Assembly (NCBI GenBank): GCA_025839675.1 | Contig: CP104013.1 | Location: 2,520,001 to 2,552,000, forward strand | Length of the DNA: 32,000 nucleotides | Direction of reading: 5' to 3' | Source: Candidatus Lokiarchaeum ossiferum | Lineage (GTDB): Archaea > Asgardarchaeota > Lokiarchaeia > Sigyniarchaeales > Promethearchaeaceae | Shown: positions 8,910 through 18,483 of the stretch, piece by piece | Position numbering within the stretch: the stretch's first letter is position 1 | Layout of the letters: the number at the start of each line of letters is the position of its first letter | Position numbers and translations under genes: made by a program | Notes under the pieces: model-generated | Database searches by the model: none | Told to the model about the DNA's origin: nothing | The model's input: only the letters and a program-made list of their open reading frames with translations

Positions 8910-10187
8910 ATGCCAAATCATAGTTTGGAAGAAATCACCACATGTGTCTCGAATCAAGATCGATGGCGCAGTCTCGAAACCCTAAATATGATTGCCTCAG
9001 AAAATTCCATGTCTAAAACAGCCATGAATACCGTGCAGTCGGATTTTCATCATCGCTATGCCGAGGGATTAGTAGGACAACGTGCTTATCAAGGACAAAA
9101 ATTCCAAGATCAAATTGAACAAATCACCATAGATTTAACTAAGGAAGTATTTCGAAGTGATTTTGCAGAAGTTCGGGCACCAACCGCTACGATCGCTAAT
9201 CTGGCGCTTTTCTTTGCCTTTTGTAAACCCAAAGACGATTATTTTGCAACTACCGTTCCAGATGGAGCGCATATTTCCTATCGGAAATTCGGAGGGGCAG
9301 GTTGTCGTAGTCTAACCATTCATAATATTCCCTATAATCCTGATAAATTCAACATTGATGTCAATCAATTTGCCGACCAATTACTCACAACTAAACCAAA
9401 ATTGATTACTTTGGGAGGAAGCGTCTATCTCTTTCCCCATCCAGTCACCGAAATTGCCAAAATTTGCAAAGAAACAAATACCATTATCCATTATGATGGT
9501 TCCCATGTCCTTGGTCTTATAGCAGGAGGTGAATTTCAGCAGCCTCTTCAAGAAGGTGCCGATATATTATTGGGATCTACCCATAAAACATTCCCAGGAC
9601 CACAAGGTGCAATTATAGTGGGTTCCAATTCTCTACTTCAAAAAAATCCCAAAGCCTTGCAAAAAATTCAAAAACGCATTTTTCCCGGTTTAGTATCGAA
9701 CCATCATTTGTGGCGATTACCCCCTCTTGCAATCACTTTGTTAGAAATGAAACAATATGGTAAAGAATATGCGCAAAAGACCATTCAAAATGCTCAAGCA
9801 TTAGGGAAATATTTAGATAATCTTGGGATTAAAGTAATTGCCAAAGAATATGGATATACAAAATCCCACCAAGTAGTTGTGGATGTGAAAGAATATGGAG
9901 GAGGAGGGCAGGCAGCGATTAATTTAGAAAATGCCAACATAATCTGTAATAAAAATTTACTCTATCAAGATGATGTGAACACTGCATTAGATAATCCTTC
10001 GGGACTTCGTATTGGAACTCAAGAATTAACTCGATGGGGAATGAATGTGAAAGATATGAAATCTGTTGCAGAATTTTATGCTCGAATCATTATTGATAAA
10101 GAATCTCCTGACCGCATTAAAGAGGAGATCACTCAATTTCGACAACAACCACAATTTGGTAAAATTCGTTATTCCTTAGATAACTAA
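8910..10187 (+). CDS. glyA: serine hydroxymethyltransferase, archaeal-type
   Basis: Motifs LNMIASENSMS, SDFHHRYAEG and the PLP-lysine motif GSTHKTFPGPQG are present. Confidence 0.93.
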   Translation: MPNHSLEEITTCVSNQDRWRSLETLNMIASENSMSKTAMNTVQSDFHHRYAEGLVGQRAYQGQKFQDQIEQITIDLTKEVFRSDFAEVRAPTATIANLALFFAFCKPKDDYFATTVPDGAHISYRKFGGAGCRSLTIHNIPYNPDKFNIDVNQFADQLLTTKPKLITLGGSVYLFPHPVTEIAKICKETNTIIHYDGSHVLGLIAGGEFQQPLQEGADILLGSTHKTFPGPQGAIIVGSNSLLQKNPKALQKIQKRIFPGLVSNHHLWRLPPLAITLLEMKQYGKEYAQKTIQNAQALGKYLDNLGIKVIAKEYGYTKSHQVVVDVKEYGGGGQAAINLENANIICNKNLLYQDDVNTALDNPSGLRIGTQELTRWGMNVKDMKSVAEFYARIIIDKESPDRIKEEITQFRQQPQFGKIRYSLDN

Positions 10188-10190
10188 CAA

Positions 10191-10197
10191 TTTTTTT
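10191..10197 (+). terminator. oligo-T tract after glyA
   Basis: A T7 run starts 4 nt after the TAA stop. Confidence 0.35.
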
Positions 10198-10398
10198 AAT
10201 CTCTTCTATTATACAACCTAGATAATTCGTTTAAAAATTATTTTTTTAGAAAAGGTATTTTGTTCAAGAAGTTTAGCACTTAAAACAATCTTATGCATTT
10301 TTTCTTCCCTATTTTAATATTTGTTAAAGCTTTCTCCTTTCTAATGAATTATTATCATTGTAAGACAATTTACTAATTCATCAAAAGTAGGGAATCAA

Positions 10399-11991
10399 AT
10401 GAAATCTACACAACATGTGAAATATATAATGGTTCTATTTGGAATATTGATCTTAAGCCCCTTAATGATTCAAGCATCATCTGGTGAGGAACTTGAAAAT
10501 CCAAAAAATTTTACGACTTTCTTTGGAGGAGCAGGAAATGATTTTGGGAGAGCGATTACTACGGATAATAATGGAAATATTATTGTTGTAGGTCATACTA
10601 CAAGCACTTCGATTTCAGACACAGATCCTTCAATTCAAGACTACAGTGCTGGTGAAGATGTTATTATTGCTAAATTTTCTCCTACCGGAGAATTGATATT
10701 CTATACCTATTATGGAGGATCGAATCAAGACAATGCTGATGGAGTTGCGATCGATGGAGATGGAAACATCATTGTTACGGGTTACACGTCTTCTCTTGAC
10801 TTCCCAACAACTAATGCGCTATTTCCAAACTATACCGGAGGTAAATTTGATTTATTTATATTGAAGTTATCATCGGATGGAGATAAAGTCATTTTTTCCA
10901 CTTATTTTGGAGGAACCGGTGATGATGGCAATTATGGTCATCATGGGAATGGAGTTATTATAGACTCAAATGGCAATATCGTACTAAGTGCTTCCACGAC
11001 ATCCAGCGATCTCTTAGTGAAAAACCCAATTCAACCAAATCGAACCGGTTTGTCAGACATACTTATTTTAAAGTTGTCCAATGATGGACAAGATATTGTA
11101 TTTGCCACCTATTTTGGTGGATCAAGGGATGATTTTGCTGGAAATTGTGTGGTTAATTCCCAAGATCAAATATGTTTTACAGGTGTAACCGATTCAACGG
11201 ATTTTCCCGTTGTCGATGGAATTCAATCGACCTATGGAGGAAAAATCGACGCTTTTCTCACAGTGATCGATTCAGATCAAACGGAGGTGGTATATTCCAG
11301 CTATTTTGGAGGAGCTCAAATGGAATATGGAAGTCGAATTGGCATAGATGGAGATAATAATTTAATATTGACGGGATCTAGCGCTTCTTCAGATCTGGAA
11401 ATTCAAAATGCATACCAAAAAACAAAATCGGAAGGATTAGATGCATATTTAGTCAAAATCTCAATTAAAAACCCAAGTATCACCTTTTCTACATATTTGG
11501 GAGGTGATGTTCATGAGTGGGGATTTAATATGGCAGTAGACCAGAAAAATAACATTTATCTCATCGGTCAAACAATGTCAGATAATTTTCCTACGAAATT
11601 CGCACAACAAAGAACTTTTGGCGGAGATTGGGACGGATTTCTGGCTAAATTTTCTCCATCGGGAAGATTACTATCTTCATCCTATATTGGTGGAACTCAG
11701 AAAGAATTTGGTTTTGATGTAACAATAAATAGGGATGATCAATTAGTATTTGTCTTTTTTGCAGAATCTCCTGAACTTGATGTAAAAAATGCATTTCAGA
11801 CTGAAAATGGTGGAGGTAGTGATATCTATCTCCTTCAAATTAAATTTTCAATACTTTGGTGGATTTGGATTATCATCGGTGTTTTCTTCATAACCATTGC
11901 TTTTATAATCGGTCGCATTATGCAAAAAAAATATAAGTCTAAATCGCAAAAAATTTCTATTCCTTCGGAAGTTGAGATAGAAACCAAGTGA
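10399..11991 (+). CDS. surface-anchored beta-propeller protein with seven SBBP-type repeats (signal peptide, C-terminal TM anchor)
   Basis: The N-terminal segment IMVLFGILILSPLMIQASS is hydrophobic. Seven repeats follow the form (S/T)TYFGG..D.g..i.iD..GNi.vtG.T.S.DFP. The C-terminus has the TM helix LWWIWIIIGVFFITIAFIIGRI followed by a basic tail. Confidence 0.8.
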   Translation: MKSTQHVKYIMVLFGILILSPLMIQASSGEELENPKNFTTFFGGAGNDFGRAITTDNNGNIIVVGHTTSTSISDTDPSIQDYSAGEDVIIAKFSPTGELIFYTYYGGSNQDNADGVAIDGDGNIIVTGYTSSLDFPTTNALFPNYTGGKFDLFILKLSSDGDKVIFSTYFGGTGDDGNYGHHGNGVIIDSNGNIVLSASTTSSDLLVKNPIQPNRTGLSDILILKLSNDGQDIVFATYFGGSRDDFAGNCVVNSQDQICFTGVTDSTDFPVVDGIQSTYGGKIDAFLTVIDSDQTEVVYSSYFGGAQMEYGSRIGIDGDNNLILTGSSASSDLEIQNAYQKTKSEGLDAYLVKISIKNPSITFSTYLGGDVHEWGFNMAVDQKNNIYLIGQTMSDNFPTKFAQQRTFGGDWDGFLAKFSPSGRLLSSSYIGGTQKEFGFDVTINRDDQLVFVFFAESPELDVKNAFQTENGGGSDIYLLQIKFSILWWIWIIIGVFFITIAFIIGRIMQKKYKSKSQKISIPSEVEIETK

Positions 11992-11999
11992 TTTTTTTT
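11992..11999 (+). terminator. oligo-T tract after the SBBP gene
   Basis: A T8 run follows the TGA stop immediately. Confidence 0.4.
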
Positions 12000-12052
12000 C
12001 ATCAAATATTCACCTCATAATTTTTTTAATATATTGCCTTTTTTTTCATATA

Positions 12053-12304
12053 ATGATCCTTACTGTTTTCGATGGTTTAGCAGATAATTGGAAAAATTTC
12101 TGGAGTACTCTTGATTATGTTGCTTTCTGGGGCTGGATACTTTTAGTCTTAGGTGTAATCTTCTTATTCTTACTTATCTTCTTCACTGAATTTAAACGTC
12201 CCGAACGGGATAGTGTCAAATTTACTTCAATTGTCATCATTATTGCAGCCGCATTAATGGGTATAGGCCTGCATATGGTCCTTACCGCGGGCGGTTTGTG
12301 GTAA
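12053..12304 (+). CDS. small membrane protein (2 predicted TM helices), unknown function
   Basis: It has an ATG start and two long hydrophobic stretches (WGWILLVLGVIFLFLLIFF and SIVIIIAAALMGIGLHMVL). I recognise no family. Confidence 0.55.
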   Translation: MILTVFDGLADNWKNFWSTLDYVAFWGWILLVLGVIFLFLLIFFTEFKRPERDSVKFTSIVIIIAAALMGIGLHMVLTAGGLW

Positions 12305-12315
12305 AAAAAAAACTC

Positions 12316-12323
12316 TTTTTTTT
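12316..12323 (+). terminator. oligo-T tract after the 83-aa membrane protein
   Basis: The sequence A10-CTC-T8 follows the stop codon directly. Confidence 0.4.
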
Positions 12324-12367
12324 CGATTAACTACAATTTTAGAATATCAGCATTTTTAAGAGGATCT

Positions 12368-12826
12368 TTGATTAATGTAAGTATGATTTTACAAGGATCA
12401 TTTACTTTTTGGACAATCATCTACATCTTGATTGCTACAATATTTTTATGGCTTGCCCTTTGGCTTGCAACCAGAATCATTGTTAGCAAAGATTTTGGCA
12501 ACCGGAAAAAAATAATGTTGCTATTGACCGCTCTACTCATGGTATTATTAGTTCCAATAGTCACAGGTGCAATAATCACTGTAATTGGACTACCTGGAGA
12601 ATTAATGGTGATGATAAGAGGATTAATTGATAATGGAGGACACAATTATGTTAGTGGTATGGCTCCTATTATTGCATTCTTAATTTTCTTAATAATATTA
12701 AAATTCTTAGTTGGAATGGAATGGCGCCACACCATTTGGGTAGGTTTAATTGGAATATTCTTATTGTATCTTTTCTATTCGTTAGTGCCAGAATTAGATT
12801 TCATGGGAGCGATGGGCTATACTTAA
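12368..12826 (+). CDS. membrane protein (about 4 TM helices), unknown function
   Basis: Hydrophobic segments run throughout the protein. The ORF-track start is a TTG 4 nt after GAGGA, and an in-frame ATG at 12383 is the alternative start. Confidence 0.55.
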   Translation: MINVSMILQGSFTFWTIIYILIATIFLWLALWLATRIIVSKDFGNRKKIMLLLTALLMVLLVPIVTGAIITVIGLPGELMVMIRGLIDNGGHNYVSGMAPIIAFLIFLIILKFLVGMEWRHTIWVGLIGIFLLYLFYSLVPELDFMGAMGYT

Positions 12827-12963
12827 TAAGTTTTTTTAATAGACAAATCAAACCAACTTCTACACAAACTTTTTTTTTATTTACAGTTAAATGCCCAATT
12901 TCTTCCACATCTTTTAAAATTAAAACATAAGATATAAAAAACGTAAATACTTTATTCCGATTG

Positions 12964-13482
12964 ATGAATTACTCTTTTGATTTCATGTATGATATCATCA
13001 AAAATCGAAATAAAGACTATGATGGAGTATTTTTTACTTGTGTGAAATCAACAGGAATCTTCTGCCTCCCTTCTTGTAAAGCGAAAACACCTTTTTCCAA
13101 GAATGTTGAATTTATTTCAACAGCATTAGAGGCAAAAGAAAAAGGTTATCGCCCATGCAGGCGCTGTCATCCAATGAATGGACCTCATTTTTATCCTAAA
13201 TGGCTAGAGAAAATTGAAACATACTTAGCGAATAATCTCAATCGAGCAGTTCTGGATTTAGAATTAAGTAATTTGGTTAATTTAGAGATTTCTACAGTCC
13301 GACGTCACTTTAAAAACAAACATACCTTATCCCTTAAAGAATTTCACCGAAATTTGCGATTAGAAAAAGCGAGAAAATTGATGCAAGAGGGAAAAACAAT
13401 GAAAGAAATCCATCCATTAGTTGGATATCAATCTGTAAAGGGATTAAAACTAGCATATACGAAACATCTTGGAATTATGTAG
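12964..13482 (+). CDS. adaA: Ada N-terminal-type methylphosphotriester-DNA methyltransferase fused to an AraC-type HTH (AdaA-like regulator)
   Basis: GIFCLPSCKAKTP..(26 residues between cysteines)..YRPCRRCHP gives C-x3-C-x26-C-x2-C. This is the same spacing as the E. coli Ada zinc site Cys38/42/69/72. The C-terminal half resembles an AraC HTH. The ATG at 12964 is preferred over the TTG at 12961. Confidence 0.85.
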   Translation: MNYSFDFMYDIIKNRNKDYDGVFFTCVKSTGIFCLPSCKAKTPFSKNVEFISTALEAKEKGYRPCRRCHPMNGPHFYPKWLEKIETYLANNLNRAVLDLELSNLVNLEISTVRRHFKNKHTLSLKEFHRNLRLEKARKLMQEGKTMKEIHPLVGYQSVKGLKLAYTKHLGIM

Positions 13483-13483
13483 C

Positions 13484-14023
13484 ATGGACAAAACTGAAGT
13501 TATCATGAAAGAAGTCGATACCCCTCTGGGTGTCATAGTTTTTGCTTCTTCACCAAAGGGTTTATGTTTATTGGATTTTAAATACCGAAAATCATTTCCT
13601 ACAATACTCAAAAGAATTGAAAAACTATACGGGACCAATAAAATACAAGGCACCTCTTCCTTTATTGAACAAGCCGAACAACAACTTCAACGTTATTTAC
13701 TGGGACAACTTCAACAATTTACAGTACCTTTAGATATTCGTGGTAGTATATTTCAATTAAAAGTGTGGCAAGCCCTTCTCCAAATTAAATATGGGAAAAC
13801 AGTATCCTATTTAGATATTGCCAAGAAAATCAACCAACCAGAAGCAGTTCGAGCCGTTGCGAATGCCAATGGACAAAATGGAATAGCAATAATTATCCCT
13901 TGCCACCGTGTAATTGGATCAGATGGATCATTAACAGGATATGGAGGGGGTTTACCAATTAAAAAAAGACTTCTGCAGATAGAATCTGGAAAAAAACAAG
14001 GTAAAATAACCAATTTTCTTTGA
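13484..14023 (+). CDS. ogt: O6-methylguanine-DNA methyltransferase
   Basis: The active site IIPCHRVIGSDGSLTGYGGG and a VSYLDIA helix are present. The ATG at 13484 lies 1 nt after the adaA stop. Confidence 0.9.
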   Translation: MDKTEVIMKEVDTPLGVIVFASSPKGLCLLDFKYRKSFPTILKRIEKLYGTNKIQGTSSFIEQAEQQLQRYLLGQLQQFTVPLDIRGSIFQLKVWQALLQIKYGKTVSYLDIAKKINQPEAVRAVANANGQNGIAIIIPCHRVIGSDGSLTGYGGGLPIKKRLLQIESGKKQGKITNFL

Positions 14024-14154
14024 TATAGCCATTTTTTTCGATTACTGATACTTTTTGTTAGTTTATGATAACATTTATTATTTACCGGACATTGTTTCAT
14101 TGAAGAATCATTATTTTTTTTGTTCATTGTTAAAACAGTAATTTGGCGATTCTA

Positions 14155-14898
14155 ATGAATAACTTGGTTAAAGCAGAAAACCTAGTTCGGAGTTTTGAAT
14201 TTGGTGAAACCCAAATCCATGCCCTCGATGGTGTAGATTTAAGTATTAACGAAGGAGAGTTTGTAGTAATTCTTGGTCCTTCGGGTGCGGGGAAGACTAC
14301 ACTTTTAAATATGATTGGTGGAATTGATCACCCAACTACAGGAAATATCATAGTAGATAGAATTAACATAAAAGACTTAAATACCAAACAATTGAATGAA
14401 TATCGGAAAAATCAAGTAGGATGGGTTTTCCAATTCTTTAATATTGTGGATAGCTTACGCGCTTGGGAAAATGTTGGTTTGGCTCTGGAATTTCAGGGAA
14501 TTAAAAATCGTAAAGAAATCAAAGAAAAGTCCTATAAAATTTTGGCAAAAGTGGGACTAGAAGGAAAAGAGTTACGTTTTCCAAGCCAATTATCAGGCGG
14601 AGAACAGCAACGGGTGGCTATTGCTCGTGCTTTAGTAAAAAATCCAAAATTAATCGTCGCAGACGAACCTACGGGTAATCTCGACTTTGTGACAGGGCAA
14701 AAAATAGCAGAATTAATGCAAACCTTAAATCGTGATGAAGGAAGCACTTTCATTGTAGTGAGTCATGATACTTCTATTACTCGGTATGCAGATAGAATTT
14801 TCCACCTGAAAATGGGTAAAATCGAAAAAATCATCGAAAATCCAAATTCTACAGAAAATGTAACGAATTTACCAGAATTCAAGAAAGTTCAGGAGTGA
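14155..14898 (+). CDS. ABC transporter ATP-binding protein (MacB/LolD-like)
   Basis: It has Walker A GPSGAGKTT, signature LSGGEQQR and Walker B LIVADEPT. The ATG at 14155 is preferred over the TTG at 14143. Confidence 0.92.
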   Translation: MNNLVKAENLVRSFEFGETQIHALDGVDLSINEGEFVVILGPSGAGKTTLLNMIGGIDHPTTGNIIVDRINIKDLNTKQLNEYRKNQVGWVFQFFNIVDSLRAWENVGLALEFQGIKNRKEIKEKSYKILAKVGLEGKELRFPSQLSGGEQQRVAIARALVKNPKLIVADEPTGNLDFVTGQKIAELMQTLNRDEGSTFIVVSHDTSITRYADRIFHLKMGKIEKIIENPNSTENVTNLPEFKKVQE

Positions 14899-14903
14899 TA
14901 CAT

Positions 14904-17372
14904 ATGAAAATCATGGATATAAAGGTTTTTCGGGAGATTAAACAGCAAAAATTTCGCTCGATCCTTATTGTAAGTATTGTGGCAGTTACCCTCACCATGG
15001 TTTTAGGAATGCGTGCAGGATACCCTATGGTAATAGCATCATATGAAGAAAATTTAAGGAATAGTAATGTAGCTGATGGTAGATTTTCACTTACAGCTCC
15101 AGTTCTTGAGGAATCAGTTGAAAAAATTCAAAATGATTCCGAATTCCTAACCAACCACAAAATTGCCGATGTGGAAGGGCGATTAATTACCTATACTGAA
15201 ATTGAATATAATGGGGAAATATTTCCGAGTATTTTGATAGGAGTAGAGTTCCCCAATCAAATAAATCAAGTGAGTTTACAATCAGTCTCTTCTTTAGGAG
15301 ATACAAATCCAAACTTCTTGGCAAATAGTTCAAATTGCATTATTGATGCGGCATTTGCGGGGAATTTACTAGGACAAGATACTCAAATTGGGGAAAATGT
15401 CTCACTTCAATTAGGGGCAATGGAAAAAAATCTAACAATCCAAGCCATTGGGCAGGATCTTGATTTCTGTTATGTGGTAGATCCTATCTCACAAATGTCT
15501 TTAATGGGCCAATTGGCAGTAATATGGATTGATTTATCAGAAATGCAGCAGTTTATGTTTAATGGAATGCCCCTTATTAATCAAGTATTATTTACTGTTG
15601 AAGATCGGCTCAATGAAGATAAAATTAATATCGCCTCGGATGCTTTACTCCAAAATTTTGCCTCACAAGGAATTGATCTCAGTACACTTCAATATGAGAA
15701 GTTTGATGAAACCATTGATCGACAATTTTTCAATGCTGATGCAGGATCAATGGACAAAATGGGAACTTTGTTTGGAATAATTGGGCTAATTATGTGTTGT
15801 GTGGCAATCTATAATACGATTTCCCGCTTAGTCCAATCTCAGCGGAAAAATATTGGCTTATTTATGAGTTTAGGTGCAAATCCAAATAACATTGTTTTAC
15901 ATTATGTTAAAATAACTTTTTATTTGGCGGTAATAGGTTCACTCATAGGTATTCCATTAGGGCATCTATTTGCTATAGGAATGACAAAATTACTTGCCCG
16001 AGTCTGGCCATTTCAAGTACTGTTATTTCCAATAGTTATTGAAGAATATGTGTTTGGAGCGTTAATTACTTTGGGTGTTTGCATCATATTTTCAGGCCTG
16101 AGTGCATTTCCGATAACAAAGATCACACCTCGAGAAGCAATGTCTGCAATCTTCAATCGTATAAAAGCCACCAAAGCCGCTTTCTCGGAACGTCTCTTTT
16201 CATGGCTCCCCGGATTTCGATCTATTCACATGAAAGTCCCGATCAGGGAAATTTTTCTCCGTAAACGTAAATCCGCCGTCACAATTTTAGCAATCACAAC
16301 TTCAATGATCATGTTGATTACCTCAATAGCAATGGTAGGGAACATGTTTGGAGCATTAAATAATAGTTTTGAAGTCTACAATACGGCAAAATACCGTGTT
16401 TTATTTGAAAGTCCAGTTCCCGCAACAAACATTAGCAATTTTATGCAGAATCTTCCTGCGGATACTATAGAGCACTATGAAAGCACAATTACGGTGTATT
16501 CTAATTTAAATGTTGATGGCAACAATGAAGGCGGATTTATTATCGAATGCTATCAAGCGAATTCAACATTTCGGGACATGAACATCATATCAGGTGAGAT
16601 CACCGATAAAAAATCACTAAACTCATCAACAATCTTTTTAGGAAATACTATGGCGAAGGACAATGAAATTGTTCTCGGAGATGAAATAAAAATTGGACTT
16701 ATTGACAATTTTACAGTGAAAGTGGTGGGAATGGTGGGTGAATTTATAGATAATTCTGGCTATTGGACCATTGAATCCTTCAATGCAAATAATAATAGCA
16801 TTCATTTTGGAGTACCATCCAATTATGTGAACGGTTTATTATTTAATCCTGGAGAAGATGTTGACATTGTAGAATTACGGGAAACTATTGGATCTGAATT
16901 CCCAATAGCTCAATGGGTGGATGCTCAACAATCGCAGCAATCTATGATGGCACTAATTCAATCCATGATGAGCCTACTCATCCTCTTTGTGGTGGTTGGG
17001 ATGGTAATAGGTGTACTCTTTAGTTTCAATACCATGTACATGGGCTTTATCAGTCGAGAAAATGATTTTCTTGCATTTAAAGCGATGGGAACAAATCCCC
17101 GTTACTTTTCAAAAATGATATTCTGGGAAAACGCCATATTAAGTGTGTTTAGTCTTATCGTGACCATTCCGGTGGGATATTTTGTTTACTGGCAGTCTAT
17201 GACCTATATGATGGGGGATAACTATTACATCCCACTTTCTATACCTTGGTACACTTGGCCCGTAGTCTTAGGTTTAAGTTTCATCTCCATTGGATTAGCA
17301 ACTCGAAAATTAACAAAACGAATTCGCAAAATGGACTTAGCCGAAGAATTACGATCTCGAATGGTTTCTTAA
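14904..17372 (+). CDS. ABC transporter permease, FtsX/MacB-type with duplicated FtsX modules and large extracytoplasmic domains
   Basis: The protein is about 820 aa with two blocks of TM helices, each preceded by a long soluble loop. AGGAG lies 8 nt upstream of the ATG at 14904 and overlaps the ATPase stop codon. Confidence 0.85.
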   Translation: MKIMDIKVFREIKQQKFRSILIVSIVAVTLTMVLGMRAGYPMVIASYEENLRNSNVADGRFSLTAPVLEESVEKIQNDSEFLTNHKIADVEGRLITYTEIEYNGEIFPSILIGVEFPNQINQVSLQSVSSLGDTNPNFLANSSNCIIDAAFAGNLLGQDTQIGENVSLQLGAMEKNLTIQAIGQDLDFCYVVDPISQMSLMGQLAVIWIDLSEMQQFMFNGMPLINQVLFTVEDRLNEDKINIASDALLQNFASQGIDLSTLQYEKFDETIDRQFFNADAGSMDKMGTLFGIIGLIMCCVAIYNTISRLVQSQRKNIGLFMSLGANPNNIVLHYVKITFYLAVIGSLIGIPLGHLFAIGMTKLLARVWPFQVLLFPIVIEEYVFGALITLGVCIIFSGLSAFPITKITPREAMSAIFNRIKATKAAFSERLFSWLPGFRSIHMKVPIREIFLRKRKSAVTILAITTSMIMLITSIAMVGNMFGALNNSFEVYNTAKYRVLFESPVPATNISNFMQNLPADTIEHYESTITVYSNLNVDGNNEGGFIIECYQANSTFRDMNIISGEITDKKSLNSSTIFLGNTMAKDNEIVLGDEIKIGLIDNFTVKVVGMVGEFIDNSGYWTIESFNANNNSIHFGVPSNYVNGLLFNPGEDVDIVELRETIGSEFPIAQWVDAQQSQQSMMALIQSMMSLLILFVVVGMVIGVLFSFNTMYMGFISRENDFLAFKAMGTNPRYFSKMIFWENAILSVFSLIVTIPVGYFVYWQSMTYMMGDNYYIPLSIPWYTWPVVLGLSFISIGLATRKLTKRIRKMDLAEELRSRMVS

Positions 17373-17667
17373 CCTATTTTTTATTTTATCTTAGTCTCTC
17401 TTCATGAAAATTTTTTGATTAAAGCCAAAAGAAAAGGTAGAGTTGTTTAGCGAGCAAAATGAAATATTATTATACAAAAATGTATCATATCTGATTAGAA
17501 TATATAAAAAGGAATCATATGATTCATCAGAATTAAAAATATACTAATTGAAAAATATGGATCAGTAAGAATACAGTGGATAATCAATTATTGAGATATA
17601 AGCTTAGATAAAAATAGATGCAGAATGAAACTTATTCTGCATATCTAATCCTGTAATGTAAACTACT

Positions 17668-18330
17668 ATGAGTAAAATCCTATGTCATTATCACACAGAT
17701 CAAGAAGCAGAAATCACTTGCGCAAAATGTAATAAGCCAATTTGTCCAGAGTGCAATCATAGCGGAAATTGTACAATTTGTCATTTGACTACATCTTCTT
17801 ATGTCAAGACAACAATCGGTTTTATAGGCTCCACACTTTTTTTCTTACCCTTTTTTGGAGGCGCTGCTATGTTAATCGCCGCCATTATAAATTCTGGTTT
17901 TTTCTGGTTCCTTATTTTGTTTTCCATAGCTTGGATTGGAGGAGTTGCAGTTGGTTATGTTAGTATTCTCGCTTCATTCTTCAACAGTATTTTATCAATT
18001 CGAAAGGAGCGCCAAGCTCGTAAACATTTTGCGAATCAAGTGGGGGTCGATAAAAAGGGAAATCGTATTCATCCCTACTATCGATCTGCTCCTACAAGTG
18101 CAATTCCTAGCGAAATATGTTTTGAAAATTTTACAGAAAATCAGCAAAAATGCACCAATCTTACTATTAATTCAACAAGATCTGCGTCAATCGAGCCCCT
18201 TAAATCAATTTCACTGATTTTATCCAATGGGCAAGTCTTCTGTTACAAATGTGGAAAAATATTACCAAGTGATGCCCAATATTGTCTTCAATGTGGCGTT
18301 CCTTTGAATTATTCCCGGTTACTCAATTAA
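17668..18330 (+). CDS. membrane protein with an N-terminal B-box-like zinc finger and a C-terminal zinc ribbon
   Basis: The N-terminus C6-x2-H-x8-C-x2-C-x4-C-x2-C-x5-C-x2-C-H matches B-box spacing. Two TM helices span residues ~48-105. The C-terminus reads CYKCGKILPSDAQYCLQCG. Confidence 0.65.
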   Translation: MSKILCHYHTDQEAEITCAKCNKPICPECNHSGNCTICHLTTSSYVKTTIGFIGSTLFFLPFFGGAAMLIAAIINSGFFWFLILFSIAWIGGVAVGYVSILASFFNSILSIRKERQARKHFANQVGVDKKGNRIHPYYRSAPTSAIPSEICFENFTENQQKCTNLTINSTRSASIEPLKSISLILSNGQVFCYKCGKILPSDAQYCLQCGVPLNYSRLLN

Positions 18331-18483
18331 TTTTTCTGGAATAATCTTTTTTTAACAAATTATTGTGTATAGCTGCATATAATTAAAAAAAGATGAGCTC
18401 ATGTTTTTCAATCATTATCTTTTGACGTTTTTTTTCAATGAGGGCAAATCTATTTGATTTTTTGGTAAAAAATAGAAAAAATT

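Noticed and set aside
8665-8985. A 106-aa ORF upstream of and overlapping the glyA start.
   Set aside because: It starts at a TTG and has an I/K/F/Y-rich composition typical of translated AT-rich non-coding DNA. It overlaps the well-supported glyA start and shows no motif.
17512-17642. A perfect 14-bp palindrome GAATCATATGATTC (17512-17525) and a 9-bp-stem hairpin ATGCAGAAT-N7-ATTCTGCAT (17618-17642), both upstream of the B-box gene.
   Set aside because: A back-of-envelope expectation for DNA this AT-rich is several such palindromes or hairpins per 32 kb by chance. With no second copy or conservation data, I cannot call them operators. They are worth including if the upstream region is ever footprinted.
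18393-18402. A 10-bp palindrome ATGAGCTCAT between the convergent zinc-ribbon genes, considered as a possible terminator hairpin.
   Set aside because: A contiguous palindrome with no loop cannot form a stable hairpin. The flanking oligo-A and oligo-T runs explain termination better.
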